Shown here: in pieces, positions 37,691-48,200 of the stretch | How positions within the stretch are numbered: position 1 is the stretch's first letter | How the letters are laid out: each line of letters opens with the position of its first letter | NCBI GenBank assembly: GCA_026026165.1 | Contig: JAPEUD010000001.1 | Span: forward strand, 620,001 to 684,000 | DNA length: 64,000 bases | From: Sarea resinae | Taxonomy: Eukaryota | Direction: 5' to 3' | The notes under the pieces: generated by a model | The model's database searches: none | What the model saw: only the letters and a program-made list of their open reading frames with translations | Told to the model about the DNA's origin: nothing | Position numbers and translations under genes: made by a program

Positions 37691-38923
37691 CTTGACGGTT
37701 GCGGTGGGATGAGTGGGGGGGAGGGGCAATGAGGGGACGAGAAGAGACTGTCTATAATGCGAAAAGAGATGGGAAAACAACGGCAATGGGAGAGGAAAAG
37801 GGCACGATGATGGTGGCTGGAATGGAAGAGAGGAATTGGATGAGTAAGAGAGAGAGTGAGTGAGAGCAGAGAGAAGAAGAGGAAGAGGAAGAGGAAGAGG
37901 TTGAGTTGGTTCGAGTTAGTGTCGTGGGGATTTAATGCCGAAGAGGGACGATAAGCGACGTTTTTTGTTGCGATGGTGCAATTCCCAGCAAAACCGGGTA
38001 CTTACTCTGTACACTACACAGTGAGAGTGGTGGAGCTGAAAAGGCGCCGAATGGGGCGGGAGGGGAGGCAGCGGGATCAGAGTAAGGAAAATTGGAAGTG
38101 AGGTGAGATTGAGGGGAGGAGAAGTAGCTGACGGTAGTGAATCTGCTGGAAAGATACTTATTCGAGTTGTCAGTTCAACTCATCTCATCTCTTCTCTTCT
38201 CTTGTCTTCTCTTCATTAATTACCTACCTGAGGTACCGTGCGTGGTGTTGGGTTCAGGTAGTGACACTGGTCGACGGGCAGGAGCTGGAGCCCAAAGGCC
38301 GCCAAAGCTGCAGCTTGAAAGTACCGCCGAGTGTCCAGCCCAAGAGGCTTGTACTCCCGAGTAGTAAAACCTTTTCTCGCCCCGACGTCCAATCACGATC
38401 GCTCGCTCAGTCGTCCAACGCCCTCAACCCCCTCCTTACTCGGAGTACGAAGTACGAGTACCTGCGAGAGGGGCACATGAGTCAAAGTACGAAGATGCGA
38501 CTTGGGCCCGACTTCGATAACTCTAGATTACCTCGTGCCTGTGAGGAGTACTACGTAGTAAGAGCAAGGTAGATCCAGCGTCCAGTGAGGGAACCAGGAA
38601 GCCCGCATCTCGATTCACTCTGTGTCAAGAATCCTTCAATGAGCATGGCAGTCCGGAGCCCATTTACATACGGTAGTCCCTCTGCTTCCCCACTACGCAG
38701 CAGGTAGTAGAACTTTCCCGTTGATATCAGATCTGATAGCGATGGATGGCGGGGCACCAGCGGCGACAGCCGCGACCACGACCACACCAAGCGAGACCTC
38801 CAGTGACGGCGAATTTGAGAAGATGAAGGAGAAGAAGGCCAGCGAGCTCTCTCACTCTCCGTCAATGGCTCTTACGATTGAAGCAGCATCGTAGCAATAA
38901 ATCATACCATCCCAACGCAAGTC

Positions 38924-39956
38924 ATGAGCAAGTTCGGCTGTCTTGTGATGGGCCCTGCGGGCGCCGGCAAGGTGATTGAATATACCTATCCTCAGAGCTT
39001 CAAGCTTCAGACAAGGCCGTGCAAATGCTGAACAGCGGCGACAGACGACGTTTTGCTCGGCACTGATCCAGCATCTGCGCAATAATAAGCGCGCATGCTA
39101 CTATGTCAACCTCGATCCTGCGGCCGAAGAGTTCGCCTACGAGCCCGATCTCGACATCAAAGATCTCATCAGCCTCGAGGATGTGATGGAAGAGATGGGC
39201 TTGGGTCCTAACGGCGGACTGATATACTGCTTCGAGTACGTCTCAGATGCTTCCAGCCATCCAATGGCACATGGCATGCTGATTCGTCACAGGTTCCTCC
39301 TCGAAAACCTCGACTTTCTCACCGAACCGCTCGACCCGCTCTCGGAAGAATACCTCATCATCCTCGACATGCCCGGCCAGATAGAACTGTACACGCACAT
39401 CCCGATCCTGCCCTCGCTGGTGCGGCACCTGTCACGGTCCGGGCCCCTCAATATTAGCCTCTGCGCTGCCTACCTGCTTGAATCGACCTTCGTCGTCGAC
39501 CGAGCCAAATACTTCGCCGGCACGCTCTCGGCCATGAGCGCCATGATCATGCTGGAGATCCCGCACGTCAACGTGCTGAGCAAGATGGACCTGGTGAAGG
39601 GCACGGTGGCCAAGAAGCAACTCAAGCGCTTCCTCGACCCGGACACCAGTCTCCTGGACGAGGGCGACGATCCGGCCGACGCATCGCGCGAGGCCGTCGA
39701 CGAGGGCGGTGACGCCTCCGCCACAGGCAACCTTATGGGCGGCGCCTCCTTCAAGCGCCTCAATCGCGCCGTCGCCCAGCTCATCGACGACTTTAGCATG
39801 GTCTCGTTTCTGCAGCTCGACGCTCAGGACGAGGACAGCGTCGGCGCCATCCTGAGCTATATCGACGACGCCATCCAATTCCACGAGGCCCAGGAGCCAC
39901 GCGAACCGAACGAGGATCTCGAGGTCGATGATGACGGTGATGGCATAATGACTTGA
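38924..39956 (+). CDS. GPN3: GPN-loop GTPase 3
   Basis: Exons 38924-38971, 39045-39235 and 39293-39956. P-loop MSKFGCLVMGPAGAGK/TT, then VNLDPAAE, GLGPNGGLIYCFE, DMPGQIELYTH and NVLSKMDL. Confidence 0.94.
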
Positions 39957-40781
39957 ACTCCGTCTCTTCGCCTTTTGAAAGTCTTTAATACGTCGAGCAG
40001 GCGTTGGTATTTCACTTCTTCTTGGCGGAAAAGTACTACAGGTGTTCTTGGCGAATCGAGGCGCGCGTACGTTACGTCACCCTTCTATCTATAGAGCAGC
40101 GAAGATGCAAAAGCATGAGATCGAAATGCTTATGATTCGAGAGCAAGAGCCCATATATGTACGATAGCGTTCATGGAGATGTGACGAAGCCCTATCATCA
40201 GGAAGAGAACGAGTATCGAGAAATGAATGATGGTCGTCTATCCTATCCCATCCAATCCTGCATCCAACATCCCACATCCGTCCACCTTTACCCCCCGCTG
40301 GGCCGGCTACTCGTTCGCTCCCCCTCTCCCTCTTTCCCCCCTTCTCTCTCTCTCTACCACTCACAAACACCGACACACCCTTTTCTCTTTCTCAACCTAC
40401 CTCTCCAGTGCCAGAAAAAGCAAGTGAAAACGATAGATATTTCTTCAACACTGGATCGTGTAGACGAGTGGAATCATCATTGGATCTGAAAATAGTCACG
40501 TGCGATAGAGTATGTGTTTGGGTATGGATCTGGACGAGCTTTTCTTTTGGTTATGGGGACGGGAGAGAAATTGGATATCCAATTAGGGAAACGAAACTTT
40601 AGATAACCCCTAACCCCGCCCGAAGGGTTTCATCATGATGGCCATCGTAGACGAGAGAAAGAGAGAGCACTAGATACAGAAACGCCATTCCTCCCAGAAA
40701 GCCTGAACCAACCTCTTGAACCAAGCAAAAAAAGAAACAGACAATCAACTGAATTGAACAAACGGCCAACCAGACAGTCAC

Positions 40782-41543
40782 CTACCAACCTCTCGCTCTC
40801 CCACTGCCACCATACGCACTCCCTCCCCTCGCAGCACCCCTTCCACGGGCCTTCCCACCACCACCACCAGAAGCAGCATCCCTATCCCAGCCCTCGACGA
40901 CGCCCCAGGCCCAGCTGGCAATCTCAGCAAGCACGCCCCCGACCATGCCAACGACGCGCAACGACTTCTCGGGCCCGGCCTGCACGGCCGCGACCACGGC
41001 CGCTAGCACCACCACCCACAGCACCAGCCGGTACGCCAGCGAAAGCCACCACATCGCCACGCGACGCAGCAAGTTCACCGCCTTGAGACTGAGCACCAAC
41101 ACGACGACCAGCAGCGCCAGCGAGGCGAGGTCGGGCAGCGACGACAGGTACGACAGCGCTGCGGGCACGTGCGCCGAGAGCGTGTTGGTTACATTGGCGG
41201 TGGTTGAGGTAAGGGTGGTGAGGGTGGCGGTGACGCTGGGCGGGAGCATGGCTGAGAGGTACGAGGATAGGCTTTTCGCTGCTGCGGATAGCGAGGATGT
41301 GGATGTGGATGACGCGGTGTCGCCGTCGAGCACTTTTTGGTAGAGCGTGTAGAGCTGCGGGAGGTATTCTGCGGTTCGAAGACGCGGGGGCGCGTTGTGT
41401 TAGCTGGGCGTGGTTCGGGTTTGGGTTTTAGGGTTGAGATTGGGGCTGGCATTGGGAGGTGCAAGATCAAGCATTGCGGGCTTGTGTCATGGGGCCGACA
41501 ACAACAACCAAGAAGACCGCAACTTACCTTGAAGGTTCTCCAT
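40782..41543 (-). CDS. APQ12: Nuclear envelope / NPC biogenesis membrane protein, Apq12 family
   Basis: Mini exon 41543-41528 (MENLQ), GTAAGT..GCTAAC..CAG intron, then exon 41368-40782. Two TM helices joined by an amphipathic segment: PDLASLALLVVVLVLSLKAVNLLRRVAMWWLSLAYRLVLWVVVLAAVV. Confidence 0.72.
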
Positions 41544-42299
41544 CTTGCCCTTCTTCCTGGGATCTGCCCTTCAATTCTCCTCTTGCTTCTAGCGTCCGAG
41601 CCCCGCAATGCGAAGCGATACGATGCGATGCGATGGCAGGCGACGATGCGATTCCCGTTGCGCCGCGATAGCGTGAGCGATTCTGCTGGGGAGGATGCTT
41701 AGTCGTGAGTATACGAGTCGATGCGCTCTGGCCGGACTAATATTGAAGACGTGAGTATGTGAGATAATGGAGGTTTGGGGGCCAGCATTTGTTGTTGGTG
41801 GCATGGATGTTTGAGGTTATCGAGTTCAATCGCTAGATCGAAAGGTGAGGTCATCTCCCGAACCGGATGGACGAGCGTGGTCAGCATCTCCACTGGCATG
41901 TGAGGTCGCTCTAGTGAAGTCGGCCCTATGCCTAATCCTGCTATTTGGTAAATATGTGCATACATCAAAAATCGGGATCTCATTTACGATGCAATCGGCA
42001 TGAGGAGTTGCACGAGCGATCATGGGTATGCAATATTTTCATCAATTGATCCTCTCCTTCAGGGTGTGTATATTGTCATCAGAGACCGCCAAGAGGAGTA
42101 ACTTTGATCGAGACAGAAAAAAGAAGATGCTTAGGAGTACGATGGAAGAGAGACGTAGCCAATGATCTTGACATCTAATCGATCGGAAATTAATCTACTT
42201 TTTACTATCAATTGGCTAGAAATTGACAAGTGATTCTTACATTAAGATGTCGTTAGCACGGTAGGTAAGGTATTTTCGCGCGGATACCGGTGTTTCAAA

Positions 42300-42725
42300 A
42301 TTGAAACCCTTTAGAACAGTGATTTTAAATAGTAATGTTAGATCTTGAAGTATGAGTCTCTTTTAAAAAATAGCTACTACTCTATATAGCTTACCTTCTT
42401 TGATAGAGTTTTAAAATAACACAATCTAATGACTAAAAAGAGGGAGAGGTATAGCAGTCTATATATAATTAATTACTAGATAATCAAGGTAGAAGATAGT
42501 AAACTTGTAGAGTACTAAGAGTAGGTAGGTAAACCTACCTTGGAATAGCTTTAATTCTTTACTAAAAGGGCTAACTTAGTGATTCTAATTACGAGAAATA
42601 GAAAACATATACTAGCCCTAACTTATTCCTAAGATACAGAACTTCTCCCTTAATTTTAGTAGTGCTATAGGCAAATTACTACGTAGTAGTAGGATTTTGC
42701 TAGCATCTAGCTACCTTAACTAAGT
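42300..42725. mobile_element. RIP-degenerated repeat or transposon relic
   Basis: Very AT-rich, saturated with TA/TAG/CTA and depleted of CA/TG, with sharp boundaries; no long ORF. The family cannot be identified. Confidence 0.6.
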
Positions 42726-42999
42726 GTGGGTGGCAGGCGGAATCATCGAAACGCAGGTACCGAATAGTGAATAGTCAGGTACCTTATAATTTGATCATTC
42801 TGCCGAGTCAACTAAACCAAACGTTCGAGCGCTTAGAAGCTCTACTTCTGACAACAATCCGCAATAACAAACCACAATCTAGTGCTTGCGTTACGCTTGC
42901 CCTACGAGCACGTCTGATTCACTCTGCCTAACAGCTGGGTCGCTCGTACCCTCTCCTCGCTCTCACGTGTCCCAACACCATGCTAGGTCTCCTCGCAAT

Positions 43000-44831
43000 A
43001 TGATCCGCAATCTTGCTTCTCTGCCGAAGAAGTGCGGAAGAATGCTGCCCGCCCATCCCACCAGTCAATCAAAGTCCAATCCCAGCAGGTCATTCTATAC
43101 TGACTGGAAGAACGATGACTGCTTTCGCTATACAAGAGGCCGCTTTGTTTCAAATGAAAGTCACGAAATGGCGATACGTCACGTTGAATTCGATATGGAC
43201 GAACTGGCGAAGCGTGCTGCTGAATCGATTGGCTTCACCCTCACACAATGCGTCCGTGCTGAAAAGTTTCCGGACGGGATGTTCAATAAGACTTTCCTTT
43301 TTACAATGCAGGACGGAACACAGGTCGTGGGTAAAGTTCCAAACCCAAATGCTGGGCGGGCTCACTATACCACTGCCAGCGAAGTGGCAACGATGGACTT
43401 TGTAAGCAGATAATCGATTAGTCTTTCCTGTATCTCATTTTCTAAGCCTTCAATCTAATGCTTTCATCCAAGGTCAGATCTGAGTTGGGCACTCCGGCGC
43501 CTAAAGTGCTAGCCTGGAGTTCCAGAGCAAAAGAAAACTCAGTCGGGGCCGAATACATCATAATGGAGAAGGTCGCAGGGGTCCAGCTTAATAAAATTTG
43601 GCCAAAGTTAGATATAAAGGCCAGATTTGAAGTCGCAAAAGCAATATCAAAATATCAAAAAGCCTGGATGTCGACATCATTTACCCAATATGGGAGCCTA
43701 TACTACTCATCTGACTTGGAGAATTCTGATGGATGCGTTCTTATGAAAGAAGACGGGTCTGAAATCAAGGAGCATCGCTTCGCAGTCGGTCCGTCAACGG
43801 GTCGAGAGTTTCTTGATGACGGTAGAATTGTAGTGGACTTCGACCGAGGTCCTTGTGAGGCCTTCTGATCTAGTCTATCACAATTCTCTACTCACATATT
43901 CATCCCAGGGAACAATGCGGAACAATACAAGTTGGCAGTTGGTCTTCGAGAGATTGCCTGCGTACGAAACATGGGCCAACTGCCCCAATCGCCCCTGTCG
44001 CTATACGGTCCTGGCACGTATAGCCCTTCTCGTTCGAAAAAGATAGCGGCTCTCCAAAACTATCTTCGTCTGGTAAAATTTCTTCTGCCCGTGGACAGAA
44101 CAATCTCGTCTGCCTTTCTATGGCACCCCGACCTCCACTCCGAGAATATTTTCGTTCACCCTGAAAGGCCATCGGAAGTATTAGGGATCATTGATTGGCA
44201 ATCAAGCGAACTGTTGCCTCTATTTGATCACGCCCGTCAGCCATATTTTCTTGATTATGATGGCCCGCCTGTGACCGGTCTTGGTCCACCCGCAGTTCCG
44301 GAGAATTTTGACCAGCTCGATTCCGCACAACAGAAAGAAGCCCAGAGTCTGTATCTCAACATGTCACTGTCAGCTTTAAATAGAAAGTTTATTTCTGCCA
44401 AGAATAAGCAACTGTTCAGTGCCATGGAATTTCGCCAGACCACAAGTTTCGAATTGATGCTCCTTGCTCAAAATCTCCTCGTCGATGGGGAGGCGTTATA
44501 TCAGTCTAGAGTGCTTGATCTAGACAGAGAATGGTCTGGTCTTCCGGGTGTCCAAGCCGCCGGAAATCCGCCGAATCCTTTCCAGTTCTCCGTTGATGAG
44601 GCTAGTTCAATCGAACAAGATGCTTCTGGTGCAATCAGAGGTATGGAGTTAATGCAGAGCTTGAAGGGATTGTTAGGCGAAATGTGGCCTGAGAAAGGCG
44701 TTGTACGGCCTGACCAATACGATCAAGTCAAAGGGCTTCTAAAGCAAGCTAAGAAAGAAATGGTCGATCAGCTCGCACATTCTGAAGCAGAAAGAATCGC
44801 ATGGGAGAAATCATGGCCGTTTGATGACTGA
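43000..44831 (+). CDS. Aminoglycoside-phosphotransferase / choline-kinase-like protein (AIM9-like phosphotransferase family)
   Basis: Exons 43000-43401, 43473-43854 and 43909-44831. Motifs FRYTRGRF, KFPDGMFNKTFLFTMQDG.QVVGKVPNPNAGRAHYTTASEVATMDF, PAPKVLAWSS, VGAEYIIMEK, catalytic LWHPDLHSENIFV and GIIDWQ; ends WPFDD. Confidence 0.9.
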
Positions 44832-45242
44832 AGGAAGCGGCCTTTTCTGTGTCTCGACGACCAATTATTTACTACGTCTCACATTTTGCAACCCCCCAAA
44901 ATTCTTACTTCTCTCTTCCATATTGCCTATCACTTACAGTCACCTGTAGACCTGCACGTTCCCCATGAGTACATCTAGTCAGTGTTAGGGAACAAGATGC
45001 AATGAGTAGGTTGTTAACCGCAGATTCAACTTGATCTGCGTACTAACTAGTTTCGATGAACAAATGCAATGCATCAGGCGGCCGCGCATTGCGCCGACAC
45101 AGATACAGAGCGAACCTTTATTTGATACATGTTTTCTCCACTTCTTGGGTGCAGCTGTCAACAACAAATCCACTGTGGATATCCTCTTCGCCGAGACAGA
45201 GAAGCAAAGCCTGACCAGAATCTGTGTTCAATACCTTCTACC

Positions 45243-45620
45243 CTATTCTTTCATGTCTTCCTCCAGATCTTCAAAAAGCTGCTCAACTGCGTCCTTAGCC
45301 GCAGTAGGATCGGTGGTTATGGGAAGATCTGCCTCGGCCCATACTTTATGGGAATCCTTGTTCGCCAATTCCTTAAGCGTTGCGCTTGATGCATTTTTGT
45401 TGATCTGCCATTTTTACCGCCTATAATCCTTGTCGTCCTTCACAAGTTTTTCGCCATTATCCAAGCGTGAGCCAATCTTCGAATCGTTCGAACCGGACTG
45501 GGAGGGTGCTGCTCTAGTCCCAGCGATGCCTTGGCCAGAGGCTATCTTCGTCACTTGAGATGCCCTCCCTAAAACCCACTTTTTGAGGGCCTCGAGGGAT
45601 TCGCGTCTTGCACGGCTCAT
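45243..45620 (-). pseudogene. Small (125-codon) hypothetical protein gene interrupted by one in-frame TAA
   Basis: MSRARRESLEALKKWVLGRASQVTK...GSRLDNGEKLVKDDKDYRR*KWQINKNASSATLKELANKDSHKVWAEADLPITTDPTAAKDAVEQLFEDLEEDMKE*. The frame stays open and protein-like for 56 codons after the stop at 45416-45414. A GTAAGC..TAG intron lies just upstream of the ATG. Confidence 0.6.
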
Positions 45621-45874
45621 TTCTGCAGCTAACGGAATGAGTATGTAGATTATCCATATATATCAAGTATGCTTACCTGACAAGGAATATAGTCTTCTGA
45701 AAACAAGCTGAGGTAGGGAGTGAGATCTCCAATAAGCAAGCTTCTGTTACTGCTGCAAATTGAACAGAATTGCTTCGAAGGAAGATGGTGTTTTGCTCGA
45801 ACAAATTTACCACTCCCTTACGGGGAAGTGGTATCCTTTTATGAACAAGCACCTAGTAATTGTTTAATGGTTAA

Positions 45875-46009
45875 TGAGTGGGCACGTTAGCCTAAGTCCT
45901 GATTATCGAACTCTCTACGCGCGCGGATGGTGATGTATCCACTCGATTGAGTGGGCGCTTTAGCCTATGTCCTCATTTGTTAAAATCTCTACGCGCGCGG
46001 CAGGTGATG
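45875..46009. repeat. Two-copy imperfect tandem duplication, period 73 bp
   Basis: TGAGTGGGCACGTTAGCCTAAGTCCTGATT..TCTCTACGCGCGCGGATGGTGATG from 45875 versus TGAGTGGGCGCTTTAGCCTATGTCCTCATT..TCTCTACGCGCGCGGCAGGTGATG from 45948. Confidence 0.85.
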
Positions 46010-47444
46010 CCATTTCAACCCGCACAGTATTTCCCATGTACGAATTGTCGGATGAGCTGAATTAAAAGGAAGCGCTCCCTTAAGAGCTTTCATCTGTTCG
46101 GGTACACATTGGATTCCGACACGAATTACTGGCGGAAAGTGCCTGGTGGCGACGAGGCTGAGACGGGACTAGAAGTGCGAGCGCCTATTTGTTGTAAATC
46201 CGAACCATAAAGGGAACACCGTTTACCACGGTACAGGGACTTTTGCCCAATTGCCTACGGAGTGATTCTTTAACCGATCTTGAATCGCAGTAGACGGTAC
46301 AGACATGTGCAAATTGCGCCGAGTAGGACTTGATTCTCGAACATAAATTTCAAACATACCAACTGCTCGTTGCCGCTCCGTGGATTTCCTACGCAGTACA
46401 CCCAGCCAACCCGCTCCCTCATCCTAATCATAGAACTAACCCAGATCAGAGTGACTAATGGACGCTGGTTCGAAGAGGAAAAACACCAGTTTCACTACCA
46501 CGTACCCTTTTTCTTCTTCCTCTTCTAGGATCCAGCGCTATTGTCTATGGAACCGCCGGGCACCTCAATCAAACAAATCTTCCTCATCCATCTCATCATC
46601 ATCATCATCATCATCCGAGCCGCCCGCCGAGTCTTCGTCATATCACGCCACGAGGCACCCAGTCCCCCTTCACGGCCGATTGACACATTTCGAGTCTGGA
46701 GTCTCTTGCCGGCTGGCCGGCTGGCTGGCTGGCTGGCTGGGTCCCTAGTACCAGCCGTACACTTCCTGGGGTTTGGGGGGGTTCCCGATCCGACTAGGCT
46801 GTCGATCGGGTATTCGATGCGACTTTCCCCTTAGAAAATATTTGGGCGGTGGGTGAGTGCGTGGCTGGTGCGGGAGGGAGGGAGGGAGGGACGGAGCGTG
46901 GGCGGGGTGGAAAGCCATTTGAACAGCGGCCTTTTTTTGCCTTTTCGGCCTTCACCTGCGGGCCAAAAAAAGCAAACGAATAGCAGCGAAATTGGTACTT
47001 GGCAAAGGGCAAAAGGCACATGGCAAAACGCGAAATCTGTCAATACGGGATTTGGTGCTGCTGTCTACGTCTTAAGAGATGATCGACTCCTCTCCTCAAC
47101 ACTTTCTCTAGGTAGCTCTTCTCCAAAGATTCTTGATTGCATTGCATTGCATTGCATGGTGAGTGCATATGGTATCTGGATCCGCTACGTTGACGAGAAG
47201 AAAGTCCAAAAAAAAGAAGAGAAGGGGAAGAAAAGGGGGAAGAGAAGTGGGAAGAGAAGATAAAGAGGACATGGGCTAGAATGTAAAATATCGCTCTCAG
47301 GTTGACCTCCAGAGGCGCCTTCTTTTCTGAGCCCTTGAGCGCAAAAAAGCAACATGGCACGCTGAAAGGGCCACCCCCTCCAAGAATCAGAAGAAGAGAA
47401 AAAAAAGGCGCCATAATCGTTCCAAAAAGGTCGAATCGATCGAA

Positions 47445-48200
47445 TCATCCAAGCTTCTGACAAAACGCCACGCGATCCAGATCAAAGCTCTCGGAGCTCT
47501 TGTTCCGCAGGGGGGGCACCTCGGGCCGTGTGGTCGGGACCGGGTCCACCCCACCACCACCACCACTTCCATCCTGCTTGTTGTTGGCAAACGGCGTCGG
47601 CGGCCGATCCGCCAAGCTGGACCGACTCGATTTATGCCTCTGGTGTTTCGAGCGCGAGAAGGACGCGGACTTCTGTAGTTTCGAGGGCGTGCGTTGCGGA
47701 GGGCTAGTAGTGGTGGCGACAAAAGGGGCGGCGCCGGGGACCGAGCTGTCGGTGAGGCCATAACGGGCATTGGGAGCGTGTGCGGCGGTGGGAGAGATCG
47801 GCCCTTCGAATTTCTTCTCCGACCACATGTCGTATTGCAGGCTGGCTTTTCGGCTGTTGTTGTTGTTGTTGTGGTCAGTGGCGTCGTGTGGCTTCTCGGC
47901 CGCGGTGCCGAGTCGCCACGTTTCTATCTCCTCGTCCGCGATCGGCGTGATGCTACTCCTTGCAAAGGGCTTGCGGGAGAGGCGGAGGCATTGGCTCCAT
48001 CGGCCCCGTCGGGGGTTTCTTCGCCACGTGAGCCATGCGATGAGGGAGGATAGGAGCAGAATTCCGAGACAGCCTAGAGTGACGGATAGGATGATGGTTA
48101 GGTTCCGTTGAGAGTGCGACGAAGTGGTCGAGGAATGTGGTTTGGTGCTGGTAGCAGCTGGGGCCAATGCTGTCGAGGCGGGGGTAGATGGTGTTGCCAT
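47445..48200 (-). CDS. Single-pass membrane protein with Ser/Thr-rich N-terminal region and disordered cytoplasmic tail; 5' end uncertain
   Basis: 270-codon ORF: S/T-rich stretch, hydrophobic helix LTIILSVTLGCLGILLLSSLIAWLTW followed by basic RRNPRR, then SITPIADEEIETWR and AAHAPNARYGLTDSSVPGAAPFV. First in-frame ATG at 48200; an upstream exon is possible. Confidence 0.7.
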   Translation of the reverse strand: MATPSTPASTALAPAATSTKPHSSTTSSHSQRNLTIILSVTLGCLGILLLSSLIAWLTWRRNPRRGRWSQCLRLSRKPFARSSITPIADEEIETWRLGTAAEKPHDATDHNNNNNSRKASLQYDMWSEKKFEGPISPTAAHAPNARYGLTDSSVPGAAPFVATTTSPPQRTPSKLQKSASFSRSKHQRHKSSRSSLADRPPTPFANNKQDGSGGGGGVDPVPTTRPEVPPLRNKSSESFDLDRVAFCQKLG

